In this document: positions 51,226 to 60,892 of the stretch, in pieces
How positions within the stretch are numbered: the stretch's first letter is position 1
Layout: each line of letters opens with the position of its first letter
Origin: Longimicrobiales bacterium
Lineage (GTDB): Bacteria > Gemmatimonadota > Gemmatimonadetes > Longimicrobiales > Gaopeijiaceae
Assembly (NCBI GenBank): GCA_965249725.1
Contig: CBDFMQ010000002.1
Span: 2,880,001 to 2,944,000, forward strand
Direction: 5' to 3'
Length of the DNA: 64,000 bases
Made by a program: the position numbers and the translations under genes
Notes under the pieces: model-generated
The model's database searches: none
Told to the model about the DNA's origin: nothing
Seen by the model: the letters and a program-made list of their open reading frames with translations, nothing else

Positions 51226-52526
51226 GTGCTCAAACGCTTCCGTGTCGCCCTCAGAGCCCTCCGCCACCGCAACCTGCGCCTCTTCTTCGCCGGGCAGGGG
51301 GTTTCGCTGGTGGGCAGCTGGATGCAGCACGTGGCGATCAGCTGGCTCGTCTACGAACTGACAGGGTCCGCGCTGATGCTCGGGCTCATCGCCTTCGCGA
51401 ACCAGTTCCCGATCTTCCTCGTCGCTCCTCTCGCGGGAGCCCTGGGCGATCGCTGGAGTCGCTACCGCATGGTAGTCGTGGCCCAGATCGCGGCCATGCT
51501 GCAGGCCGTGGTGCTCGCCACTCTGGTGCTGTCCGGCACCATCGAGGTATGGCACCTCGTGGCGCTTTCGGCGGTAGCCGGTGTCATCAGTGGGGTGGAC
51601 ATTCCGGTCCGGCAGGCCCTCCTGGTGCGTCTCGTCCGGGGGCAAGAGGACCTCCCCAACGCCATCGCCCTCAACTCGTCGATGTTCAATGCCGCGCGCC
51701 TGGTCGGTCCAGCCGTGGCGGGGGTGCTCATCGGATGGGTGGGCGAAGGGCCGATCTTCGTCATCAACGCGGTGAGCTACCTGTGTGTATTGGGGCGCTC
51801 GCCGCGGTCCGACTCACGGAAGAGCCCAGTGCGTCGGCGGGCCCCGTCCTACAGAACATCGCCAGGGGGTTCGTCTACGCCTTTCGATTCCAGCCGATTC
51901 GCGACCTGCTCACGCTCCTGACCCTGGTCTCCCTCGTGGGCGTCCCGTATGCGGTGCTGCTCCCCGTCTTCGCCAGGGACATCTTGGGCGGCGGGGCGAG
52001 CACGTTGGGACTCCTCACCTCGTGCGCGGGCTTCGGCGCCGTGGTCGGTGCGCTCGCGTTGGCCTCACGCAACACGGTGGTGGGCCTAGGGCGCCTCATC
52101 GTGCGAGCCGCGGTTCTGTTCGGCCTAAGCCTGACAGCGTTCGCCTACAGTGAAGTCCTCTGGTTGTCCTGTGCCCTTCTGGTAACCAGTGGGTTTGCCG
52201 TGATGGTCGTGACCGCCTCCATCAACACCATGCTCCAGACCCTCGTGGAGGATGGAATGCGTGGCCGAGTCATGAGCCTCTACACCATGGCGTTCATCGG
52301 AATGTCCCCGGTGGGCAGTCTGGCAGGCGGCGCCATCGCCGCCCGTGTCGGAGCCCCGCTCGCCGTCGCATTGGGCGGTATAGCGTGCCTGGCGTTGGCG
52401 GTTTGGTTCGGACGTCGGCTCGCTCCGCTCCGGGAGATCGTGTACCCGGTCTACGAGCGCATGGGCATCCTGCCCGAGGTGGCTCGGGGCCTACACACGG
52501 CGACGACGTTCCGGCCGAAGAACTAG
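51226..52526 (+). pseudogene. MFS transporter split by a single-base frameshift near 51792-51795
   Basis: Frame 1 ALRHRNLRLFFAGQGVS...NAVSYLCVLG; frame 2 GALAAVRL...MRGRVMSLY; one extra G in the G4 run restores a 12-TM protein. Confidence 0.85.
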
Positions 52527-52527
52527 A

Positions 52528-54543
52528 CTACGGCAGCGCCAACGCCGCCAGCATGTTCGGAATCTGCACCACGACGTGCTGCTTGCCGTTGTGCATGAAC
52601 GTGCTCAGGCCGTAACGGGGACTGCCCGGCAACTCGACCTGCGCGAGCCGCTCCCCCGTCGCCTTGTCCACGGCGTACAGGTAAGGCGTTTGGTCACTGC
52701 CGTGACCCGTGTACATGAGCAGCGTCTTGGTCACGAGCTGCGCGGCCTGACGCCCCGTGCCGGTGTTGGGGATGTCGATTCCCGCTAGCGCCGGGTTGTT
52801 CTTCACGAGATTCGGCGTGTCGCCAACCGGGATCCACCAGAGATGTTCGCCCGTGTTCATGTCGATCGCCGTGATCTTGCTGTACGGCGGCTTGAAGATC
52901 GGCATGCCTCGGATGCGACCGAATCTGGCGGAACCGCCTACCGCGTACTTGTTGATCGTGGTCCCCGTGGGAACGCCAGTGTCGCCGTCCACCTCCTCGC
53001 CCGGAACCATGATCCGAGACGAACAGCCCTTCTGAGACGTCACGTAGAGGATGCCCGTCTCCGGGTCCGCCGCGGGAGTGCCGTCGATGTTCGTTCCGCC
53101 GACGTCTCCGGGGCACCAAACTGCGGCGGTCTTGCCGAGATCGTTGTCACGGTGGAGCGGTGGAGTGAAGAGCGGTCCGTAGTGATAGTCCTCGAGGAGC
53201 GCGAGTGCCTCGGCCCTGAGCTCAGGTGTGAAGTCGATGAGGTCGTCGTCAGTGAGCCCCTGCAGGTCGTACGCGGCCGGCTTGGTCGGATGCGGCTGCG
53301 TGGGAGACAATGCCTCACCTGGCATGAGAGCCGGCGGTGCCGGCCTCTCCTCGATGGGCCAAATGGGCTCACCCGTCTCGCGGTTGAACGCGTAGGCATA
53401 GGCCTGCTTGGTTACCTGCACGACGGCCGGGATATCCACGCCGTCCACGGTCACATCCATGAGGACGGGTACCTGAGGCGTGTCGTAGTTCCAGATGTCG
53501 TGGTGGATCAGCTGGTAGTGCCATACCCGCTCACCGGTCTTCACGTCCAAGGCGATCAGGCTGGTGCTGAACAGGTTGTCACCCGGACGGAAACCACCCC
53601 AGAAGTCGGCGGTCGCCCCGTTTGTGGGGATGTAGACGATGCCGCGCTCATAGTCGGCCGAAAGCGGAGCCCACGACGAGATGTCGCCGGTCCACTCCCA
53701 AGCGTCGTTCTCCCAGGTCTCGTGTCCGACCTCACCCGGGCCGGGGAGTACGTCGAACTTCCAGAGGTGCTCACCGGTCCTGGCGTCGTAGGCCAAGATG
53801 TCGCCGGGCACCATCTCTTGGCGGGTCTGGTTGTACCCCTGCTCGGCCGAGTTGCCCACGATGATCACGTCGTTGACAACGATGGCCGGCGAGGAGCTCG
53901 TGATGTAGCCCTTCTCGAGCGGAATACCCTCGGCTACGTCGTACTCGTGCCCCAGATCGGCGAGGAGATCGACGGTGCCGGCCTCAGGGAAGCCGTCGAT
54001 CGGAATGGCGCCACCGAAGCCTTCGATCGGCTCGCCCGTGTCGGCGTCCAAGGCGTGCAGGAAGAACGAGGGAGTCACGACGTAGATCACGTCCCGCCCA
54101 TCGATCTTCGCGTAGGCGACGCCCTTACCGTGGTTCTTCCGCATGGAGTACTCCCACCGGAAGGTGGGGGGCTCCACGAAGGTCCAGATCGTCTCGCCCG
54201 TGTCGGCGTCGATCGCGACCACGTGCCGGCGCTCACCGGCCACGCTAATCAGCTTGCCATTCACGTAGATGGGGGTAGCCCGTGCGTTCACGTTGGGTAG
54301 CTCGGAGCCGTCCCACGTCCACGCCATCTGGAGATCGGCGAAGTTCTCCGCGTTGATCTGATCGAGGGGCGAGTACCGTTGACCTTGAGCGTTGCCCGAG
54401 ATGTAGACCCAGTCCCCTTCGTGGGGAGATCCCTGTGGCTCCTGCATGTCGGTCCCACACCCCGCTGCCACCAGGGCACCGAGCGAGAGAACCAGCCAGG
54501 ATCCAGCCGGCTGCGACTGCGAGGAACGAGCCTCTCTACTCAT
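52528..54543 (-). CDS. PQQ-binding beta-propeller dehydrogenase lipoprotein
   Basis: Lipobox VAAGC; RYSPLDQIN; WHYQLIHHDIWNYD; KPPYSKITAIDMNTGEHLW. Confidence 0.88.
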   Translation of the reverse strand: MSREARSSQSQPAGSWLVLSLGALVAAGCGTDMQEPQGSPHEGDWVYISGNAQGQRYSPLDQINAENFADLQMAWTWDGSELPNVNARATPIYVNGKLISVAGERRHVVAIDADTGETIWTFVEPPTFRWEYSMRKNHGKGVAYAKIDGRDVIYVVTPSFFLHALDADTGEPIEGFGGAIPIDGFPEAGTVDLLADLGHEYDVAEGIPLEKGYITSSSPAIVVNDVIIVGNSAEQGYNQTRQEMVPGDILAYDARTGEHLWKFDVLPGPGEVGHETWENDAWEWTGDISSWAPLSADYERGIVYIPTNGATADFWGGFRPGDNLFSTSLIALDVKTGERVWHYQLIHHDIWNYDTPQVPVLMDVTVDGVDIPAVVQVTKQAYAYAFNRETGEPIWPIEERPAPPALMPGEALSPTQPHPTKPAAYDLQGLTDDDLIDFTPELRAEALALLEDYHYGPLFTPPLHRDNDLGKTAAVWCPGDVGGTNIDGTPAADPETGILYVTSQKGCSSRIMVPGEEVDGDTGVPTGTTINKYAVGGSARFGRIRGMPIFKPPYSKITAIDMNTGEHLWWIPVGDTPNLVKNNPALAGIDIPNTGTGRQAAQLVTKTLLMYTGHGSDQTPYLYAVDKATGERLAQVELPGSPRYGLSTFMHNGKQHVVVQIPNMLAALALP

Positions 54544-54800
54544 GTGAACTTCTCCACTCATGGGACGCTGAGACTGCCTTGGCGCAACGTGCTACTCGCA
54601 CGCGCGTCGTGCTCTGACACGCATATGGCGGGGTGCGGATAATGGGCCAGGTCGACCCGGTCGCGCCAGAGTAATGGCCCGCGCATCCGGAGTCGTACGC
54701 ATGCCGGTGCGCCGTCGCCTGGAGAGGTCTGGGAACCTGCGGGGCGCACACTCCATTCATAGGGCACGGCGATGCCGAAAACCGCTTACCGGACTCAGAC

Positions 54801-55163
54801 ATGATCTTCAAGAAGAAGGAAAACGTGGAGGCGCCGATCCTCCACGCCACCGACCAGGACTTCGACACCATCATTTCGGCAGAGCCGGGGGTCACGGTCG
54901 TGGATTTCTGGGCCGAGTGGTGCGGCCCATGCCGCATGATGGGCCCCATCCTTGACGAAGTCGCGACGGAGCAGGCCGAGCGGGGGGTCCGGGTCGTGAA
55001 GGTCAACACAGACGTGGCCACCGAAACCGCCCAACGGTTCAGCATCCGGTCCATCCCGACGCTGATCTTCTTCAAGGACGGTGAGCCCGAGTTCGAGATG
55101 GTGGGGTTGGTGCCGAAGCCGGTGCTGCAGCGGGAGATCGACGGGTTGGTGGGCGCCGGATGA
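54801..55163 (+). CDS. trxA: Thioredoxin
   Basis: VVDFWAEWCGPCRM; SIPTL. Confidence 0.95.
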   Translation: MIFKKKENVEAPILHATDQDFDTIISAEPGVTVVDFWAEWCGPCRMMGPILDEVATEQAERGVRVVKVNTDVATETAQRFSIRSIPTLIFFKDGEPEFEMVGLVPKPVLQREIDGLVGAG

Positions 55164-55179
55164 CCGGCCTGGCGGACCG

Positions 55180-57864
55180 CTAGTTGCCCGGCCGCTCAGC
55201 GAGTTCCTCAGTGAAATTCTGCACGAGGATCAACTCGGTCGTGGCCTCGTTCCCACCGACCCTACGGAGCATCAGGAAGCGTGAGTCGTCCGGGGCCACG
55301 TCGTAGAGGGCGTATTGCTCCGTTTGGCGGAACATGATGTCGGCCCCCATCTCGAACAGCACGGTTCTTTCACTCACTGTGGGCGTCGGTCCCATCTGGA
55401 TCTGCGCCGCCACCATCTCGTCGTCGGCGTTGACATAGAAGAGCTCTCGTCCGCTGTGGGCCCACTTGGGCATTACGCCGCCCCCGGTCGAGACCGTCCA
55501 CTTGCCCGCCTCGGTGTCAGGGAAGGGACGCAGGTAGATCTCGTTTTGGCCGGTTTCGTCAGACTCGTACGCGAGCCAACGTCCATCGGGAGAGAGGGCG
55601 ATAGCCTTCTCGTCGAAGGGAGTCACCACGAGGGGCTGGGCCACCGAGTCCGTTCCGATTCGCATCCCAACCACATCCCTGCCACCCGCCACGGTTGTGG
55701 TACCTCCGGTTCGCGACAGGAGCCATCCACCGTCCTGAGTATAGTCCACCTCCCAGAGCTGCAAATCATGCTCCATCAGCTTCTCGGCGTCTCCAGTGCC
55801 GCTCGCTCGTTTGGAGTACACGGCGGAGATCGCGTCCCCCCGACGGGACAGAAACGTCACTGCTGATCCGTCCGGCGTCCACCGGGGCCGCACGTCCCAC
55901 TCCTGGTCGAAGGTCAAGCGAGAAAGGGGTCCTGCAGGCAGCTGCTTGATCCAGATGTCGTAGTTGCCGTCGTCCAGGATCGTAACCGCGAGCTGCATTC
56001 CGTCGGGCGAGAGGTCCAGACCGCGGTTGTTCGTCCCGGGATCGAAGGACCAGTCCGGATCGATGACCGTCTCCTGCCCCTGCCGCGTGACCCAGATCGC
56101 CTCGTATCTTATGTTGCCGGGTATTCCAGAGCTGTATACCAATGCTCCGCTCAGCGAGGCGGAGTAGAAGGCGAGCCTCCCCAGCCGTGGGCGCAACCCC
56201 TCGGCTACTGGAGTCGGGGTACCGGTGAAATCCAGCCGCTCCACATCGAACGGAGCGGCCATCAGGGTCGTGCCTTCCACCGTCGTGAATAGAAGCCGTC
56301 CCGCGCTGTAGCGTGGGAAGAGTCCCGACGTCAGGACCCGGACCTCGCCCGTCTTGAAGTCCACCGACTCGATCCGTGGGTCTCCACCCTCTGTCGCATC
56401 ATTGACCTGATATACGGCGCCGGCGCCGCCTGGGGGCACTTCGGCCCACAGGTGGGCCCCACCCCCGGAGGCCTCGTCCATCTCGCTAAGGACTTCGGAG
56501 GCCCCACCCGCCGAGGGAACTCGACTCAGCCCGCTCTCACGGTTGGTGTAGTAGATCCAGTCCCCGTCTGGGCCCCACCGCAGGCAGCAGCCTGAATCGA
56601 CAAGAGTTCGTGAGACGCCTCCCATGACCGGCACGACCCGAATCGAGCCACCCTGCCGAAAGGCCACTTCCTGGCCATCGGGAGATACCGCAGGGTAATC
56701 GCGGCCTTCCGAGTCCCGGATGGGTGTCGCCTCCAGCGCATCCCAACGCCTCGTCCAGAGTTGTTTCGAACCTTCGGCCCCACCCGGCCCTTCGTATACG
56801 ATCAGCGAGCCGTCGCGGGACATATCGAACGTCCCGAAGCCCGTGAGCTCCTGGTCCACGGGCAGGTGGACTGAAACCCGGGTGACCGGCAAGGGCGGCT
56901 GGGGGCGAAGGAACAGTCCGGCGGATATCCCTGCGAATAGCACCGTAGTGGCAGCAAGCCCCGCGGCGATGCGCTTCCAGAGCCCGGCACCTGCAACCGA
57001 CTCGGCCGTCTCGGGCTCGCCGTATCGGAAGTGCGGGTCGGTCAGCGCCTTGCTGAACTCCTGTGCCGTGGTGAACCGATCCGCCGGAAGCTTCTCCAGC
57101 GCCTTCCGGATGGCCGCGTCCACATTGGCCGGAATCGAGGAACGTTGCTCCATCGGGGCGATCGGGGCTCCAGCGATGATCTTGCCCAACACCGCCTGGG
57201 CGGTGTTACCCAAGTAAGGCGGCTCACCCACGAGCATCTCGTAGAGCACGCACGCCAGGGCGTAGGTGTCCGTCGCGGCCCCCAACATCTGGTCCCCGGT
57301 CGCCTGCTCCGGACTCATGTAGTAGGGGGTGCCCACGCTGAGTCCGGTCTCTGTCAGGCGGCTTCCCCCGGCCGCACCCACCGCCAGGGCGATGCCGAAG
57401 TCCGCAACGACCGGCTCGCCGTCCTGGAGCAGGATGTTGGCGGGCTTGATGTCACGATGCACCACCTTGTTGCGGTGCGCATAATCCAAGGCGTTCGCAA
57501 CCGCTGTGGCGATCCGGACTGCCTCGTCCACGGGAAGCTGTTTCTCCCGGTCGATCAGCTGCCTGAGCGTCTCGTCCTCCACATACGGCATCACGTAGTA
57601 GAGGAACGAATCCGCTTCGCCTGAGTCGTGGAGCGGCAGAATGTGGGGATGCTGCAGGTTGGCCGTAACCTGGATCTCGGTCAGGAACCGATCCGCACCA
57701 ACCACCGCCGCCAACTCCGGCTTCAGAACCTTTAGTGCGACCTTGCGACTGTGCTTGAGGTCCTGGGCCAGGTAGACGGTGGCCATGCCGCCTTCGCCCA
57801 CCTCACGATCGATCGCGTATCGATCCTGAAGGGCTGCGGTTAAACGGGGGAGCAGGTCGTCCAT
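55180..57864 (-). CDS. Hanks-type Ser/Thr kinase with TM helix and TolB/PD40 beta-propeller
   Basis: GEGGMATVY, HRDIKPAN, DFG, YMSPE; SPDG repeats; LILVQNF terminus. Confidence 0.93.
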   Translation of the reverse strand: MDDLLPRLTAALQDRYAIDREVGEGGMATVYLAQDLKHSRKVALKVLKPELAAVVGADRFLTEIQVTANLQHPHILPLHDSGEADSFLYYVMPYVEDETLRQLIDREKQLPVDEAVRIATAVANALDYAHRNKVVHRDIKPANILLQDGEPVVADFGIALAVGAAGGSRLTETGLSVGTPYYMSPEQATGDQMLGAATDTYALACVLYEMLVGEPPYLGNTAQAVLGKIIAGAPIAPMEQRSSIPANVDAAIRKALEKLPADRFTTAQEFSKALTDPHFRYGEPETAESVAGAGLWKRIAAGLAATTVLFAGISAGLFLRPQPPLPVTRVSVHLPVDQELTGFGTFDMSRDGSLIVYEGPGGAEGSKQLWTRRWDALEATPIRDSEGRDYPAVSPDGQEVAFRQGGSIRVVPVMGGVSRTLVDSGCCLRWGPDGDWIYYTNRESGLSRVPSAGGASEVLSEMDEASGGGAHLWAEVPPGGAGAVYQVNDATEGGDPRIESVDFKTGEVRVLTSGLFPRYSAGRLLFTTVEGTTLMAAPFDVERLDFTGTPTPVAEGLRPRLGRLAFYSASLSGALVYSSGIPGNIRYEAIWVTRQGQETVIDPDWSFDPGTNNRGLDLSPDGMQLAVTILDDGNYDIWIKQLPAGPLSRLTFDQEWDVRPRWTPDGSAVTFLSRRGDAISAVYSKRASGTGDAEKLMEHDLQLWEVDYTQDGGWLLSRTGGTTTVAGGRDVVGMRIGTDSVAQPLVVTPFDEKAIALSPDGRWLAYESDETGQNEIYLRPFPDTEAGKWTVSTGGGVMPKWAHSGRELFYVNADDEMVAAQIQMGPTPTVSERTVLFEMGADIMFRQTEQYALYDVAPDDSRFLMLRRVGGNEATTELILVQNFTEELAERPGN

Positions 57865-58079
57865 GGCGGACAAGATGCGCCTCCAGCAACGAGAGCCACA
57901 AGGATGCCACGGACCGAGTCGGCCGGATCGCGCCCAAGCCGGGGCGCGTCTCCGGGAGGCACAAACGCCCTCAGGGACTCCCCAACCACTCCGGCAGATC
58001 CCGCGGCTCCGGCCGGCGCCCATACAGCACATCGTCTCCCACGATCGCCATCAGCCGTTTGGAGCATCAGCGGCTTCCC

Positions 58080-58556
58080 CTACCTGAGAGGATCCGGACA
58101 CTCTCCCTGATGCCGAGTGTCGGAGAGTTGTGTGACCTTCCAGCCATCCACGTCGAGGAGAAGCTCGATGGAGTTGATGCCGCAGTGGCTGATCTCACCA
58201 TTCGCATAGAACGTGTAGGGAGCCCACACCGACGCCATATTCCCGTCCACCTGCACTTCGACGTCGTAGATCCGCTCGTCCCAATTCCCTTCAGATCCGC
58301 CGATCGCGTTGATCCAGCCGTCGACTGCCTGACCACGGATGTTGGCTGGACCGTTCCGCGAGTCGATGACCGCGAACCGCGCCTCTGCAGCGAAGACGTC
58401 CCGGACCATCTGTGAGTTCGCGGTACGCATGCCCACGAATATCTGATCCACGGCGGCCCTCACCTCGGGCTCTTGCCCGGCCAGACCTGTGGTGGCCCCC
58501 AGCAAGAGTGCGGCGGCACACACGCTGCTCTTCACGCTCAATCTCGATCTGCCCAT
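58080..58556 (-). CDS. Secreted NTF2/SnoaL-like protein
   Basis: VRAAVDQIFVGM...WDERIYD...ASVWAPYTFY...HCGINS...GWKVTQLSDT. Confidence 0.82.
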   Translation of the reverse strand: MGRSRLSVKSSVCAAALLLGATTGLAGQEPEVRAAVDQIFVGMRTANSQMVRDVFAAEARFAVIDSRNGPANIRGQAVDGWINAIGGSEGNWDERIYDVEVQVDGNMASVWAPYTFYANGEISHCGINSIELLLDVDGWKVTQLSDTRHQGECPDPLR

Positions 58557-58654
58557 TTCCCCCGACCTCCAGCGTCTGTGACAATCTGTGATCGTCACAA
58601 GATTAGGTTCGCACGATCGGGGGGGCCAGCGGCGTCAATCCGACGCGGAACGGA

Positions 58655-59341
58655 TCAGTAGTAGAAGCCGAACCCGGCCCCGGAGAGTCGTCGTACCCAC
58701 AGGGGCCTGGTTCGGCATAGGTACTGGAAGTAGACGTAAAAGCCCCCGAGTAGCGGCACCCCCACGGTAGCGAGTCCCAGGTACCCCAACAGCACCCGTG
58801 GGCGCCACATGGGCTCGTCCAGGTTGAGCCGACCCGGAAGCAGGTACTGCGTCACGTTGAATGCGACCATGAGCGAGCAGAACTGCTTCGTGTACCACCC
58901 CAGGCTTTGGGGCATGACGTCGAAGATCAGCACGTATCGATCACCATCGCTGTGGTTGTATGCGCCGTGCCAATGTCCGTCGCAAAAGGCTAACACCCTA
59001 CCCTCTTCCCAGGACACGACCTCACCGCCGACGTGAAGCGCGGTGACCGGAGCCGCGGCAGGCACATCGATTCCCAAGTGGCACCTTATGTAGCTAGTCG
59101 ATTCGCCCGCATGAGGCTTCACTTCCGAATGGGCTCCCAACTTCGACAGGTTGCACATGAACACGTTCGGTATCTGCGATACGACAGCGGCGGTTCGCGG
59201 GAGCACGCCGGGGTTGACCGTGCCATAACTCAGCAGGTTGAGCGTCTTCCACGTCGGGCTCAGGGACAACACGGTGTTGTTGTACGCCGTACTGAATTCC
59301 TTGGCTTCGGCATCGCCATCGGCCGCGACGAAGGCCCGGTT
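58655..59341 (-). pseudogene. Aspartyl/asparaginyl beta-hydroxylase-family (Fe/2OG) gene, apparently 5'-truncated at the prophage boundary
   Basis: VKPHAG...IRCHLGI...WEEGRVLAFCD...HGAYN...RYVLIFD; open frame extends upstream (NRAFVAADGDAEAKEFSTAYNNT) without a start codon to TAG at 59342-59344. Confidence 0.72.
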
Positions 59342-59405
59342 CTACCACAATCTAGCAAATACAACACTCTGTGGCCTGGCTTATGGCAAACCGTTGTTTT
59401 AGGTG

Positions 59406-60656
59406 TCACCCCTGGATCCTCCTTTCGATGTACTGAACGGCGGCCCGGTAGGTGTCGGGAATGAGGTGGGCGTAGGTGTCCTCGACGACCTTGGTCGTGT
59501 CACCTAGCAGGGTGGCGATCACATTGAGCGGAACGCCGTCCTGGGCCAGCCATGAGGCATAGGTGTGACGGCCACTGTGTAAGGTGAGCCCGTCGCCTTC
59601 CCTTCCGTACTTGATCCCGGCCAGCTCGAAGGCGTCCTGGGTCCAGCGAGCCGAGGTGCCGGCCGTCACAGGCTGGTCCCCGCGATGAGGGCTCACAATC
59701 AAGTACCGCTCCCCGGCATACCCTCTGCGGATGTGATCTTCGATGATCGTGACGAGGCTCTCGGTGATCGGTACGTCCCTTTCACCACGCCGCGTCTTCG
59801 GCCTCCAGGAGTAAACATCCTTTCGGGACTGTACCCGGATCAGTGGTTCGCTGCCATCTAGAAGGACATCAACGCCAGTCCTTAGATGTAGTATCTCGCC
59901 TTGGCGCAGGCCCGCGAGGAACGCAATCGCGATCATGGCGCGGTGTGGGGTCCCAATCATGCTACGATCCAGGTCCGCCCACTCCGGCGGAGTCAGGAAC
60001 ACGGCCCGCGTGGGCCGGATCTCGGGCATGTCGATGCCCTTCCAGGGGTTGCTACGGATCGCGGGCTGTACGTTGCGGCGAGCGAGCAGATCGGCCTCCT
60101 CGTCCATGACCATGCTCCAGAGTGCCCCGCACACGACCTGGCAAGCCCCTTGGCTGGCAGGTGCCCACGGACGCCCCGCTGTGCTTGCTTTCGGGCCGTG
60201 CAGGTACGCGCGCGCCTCGTCGACCGTCAGCTCTTCCATAGGGAAGTCCGGGCCGACGTCTCTCTCAAGGTGCCCGAGAACGGTCCGATACTTCTTGATG
60301 GTGGCCCTGCCGCGTGTGGCCTCTTTGAGCATCAGGAACCTCTCGACGGCCGGCCCGAGCCTAGGCGAATCAGAGCCCATGCGCCGCAGCTTGGTGGCGT
60401 CGCCGTTACGTAGCGCGGCCTGAGCGTCGGTGATGTGCATGTCGCCACGGCGGATCGCCTCAAGCACGTTCCAGTCGCCACGATCCATGAGCTGAGTCAA
60501 AACGGTATGGCGCTCGGTGGCCACATCCCGATCGCCGGTCCTGAGCGAGATCGCCAGGCGGCCGCCGTTGAACCGCGAGTGCCTACGGTCGAAGTAGGCG
60601 CGGCCAGCTCGCCATACGAGGCCCTTGGGGGCACGTGAGCGCTTTCTAGGACTCAC
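59406..60656 (-). CDS. Phage-type tyrosine integrase
   Basis: GLRQGE, KTRRGER, LHSGRHTYAS, LLGD, TYAHL; N-terminal arm-binding-like region. Confidence 0.92.
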   Translation of the reverse strand: MSPRKRSRAPKGLVWRAGRAYFDRRHSRFNGGRLAISLRTGDRDVATERHTVLTQLMDRGDWNVLEAIRRGDMHITDAQAALRNGDATKLRRMGSDSPRLGPAVERFLMLKEATRGRATIKKYRTVLGHLERDVGPDFPMEELTVDEARAYLHGPKASTAGRPWAPASQGACQVVCGALWSMVMDEEADLLARRNVQPAIRSNPWKGIDMPEIRPTRAVFLTPPEWADLDRSMIGTPHRAMIAIAFLAGLRQGEILHLRTGVDVLLDGSEPLIRVQSRKDVYSWRPKTRRGERDVPITESLVTIIEDHIRRGYAGERYLIVSPHRGDQPVTAGTSARWTQDAFELAGIKYGREGDGLTLHSGRHTYASWLAQDGVPLNVIATLLGDTTKVVEDTYAHLIPDTYRAAVQYIERRIQG

Positions 60657-60891
60657 TGCCCACCAGCTCCTCACACTCTTGGACGAAGCGATCGACAGCC
60701 TTCGGCGAGATTCGGTAGCGTGCCTTGCCAGAGCGCGACACGTTCAGCACCCCCGGAGACTTCAGGTGGCCTTCGTGGATCATCTTGAGGACGAAGCCGG
60801 TGGACATTCCGCCGATGCGCTCTGCCGCCTGTTTCGGGGAGAGCCAGTTGTACTCGGCCTCGTACTGCTCTGGGGTTTTCGTTCTGCTCAC
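60646..60891 (-). CDS. Excisionase-like HTH protein
   Basis: WLSPKQAAERIG.MSTGFVLKMIHEGHL...RYRISPKAVDRF; overlaps the integrase start. Confidence 0.82.
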   Translation of the reverse strand: MSRTKTPEQYEAEYNWLSPKQAAERIGGMSTGFVLKMIHEGHLKSPGVLNVSRSGKARYRISPKAVDRFVQECEELVGSES

Positions 60892-60892
60892 C

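Noticed and set aside
52843..54300. 485-aa plus-strand ORF
   Set aside because: Antisense shadow of the PQQ dehydrogenase.
59342..59405. tRNA or tmRNA as the integration target
   Set aside because: No cloverleaf or T-loop GTTCGA motif; the flanking DNA is protein-coding.
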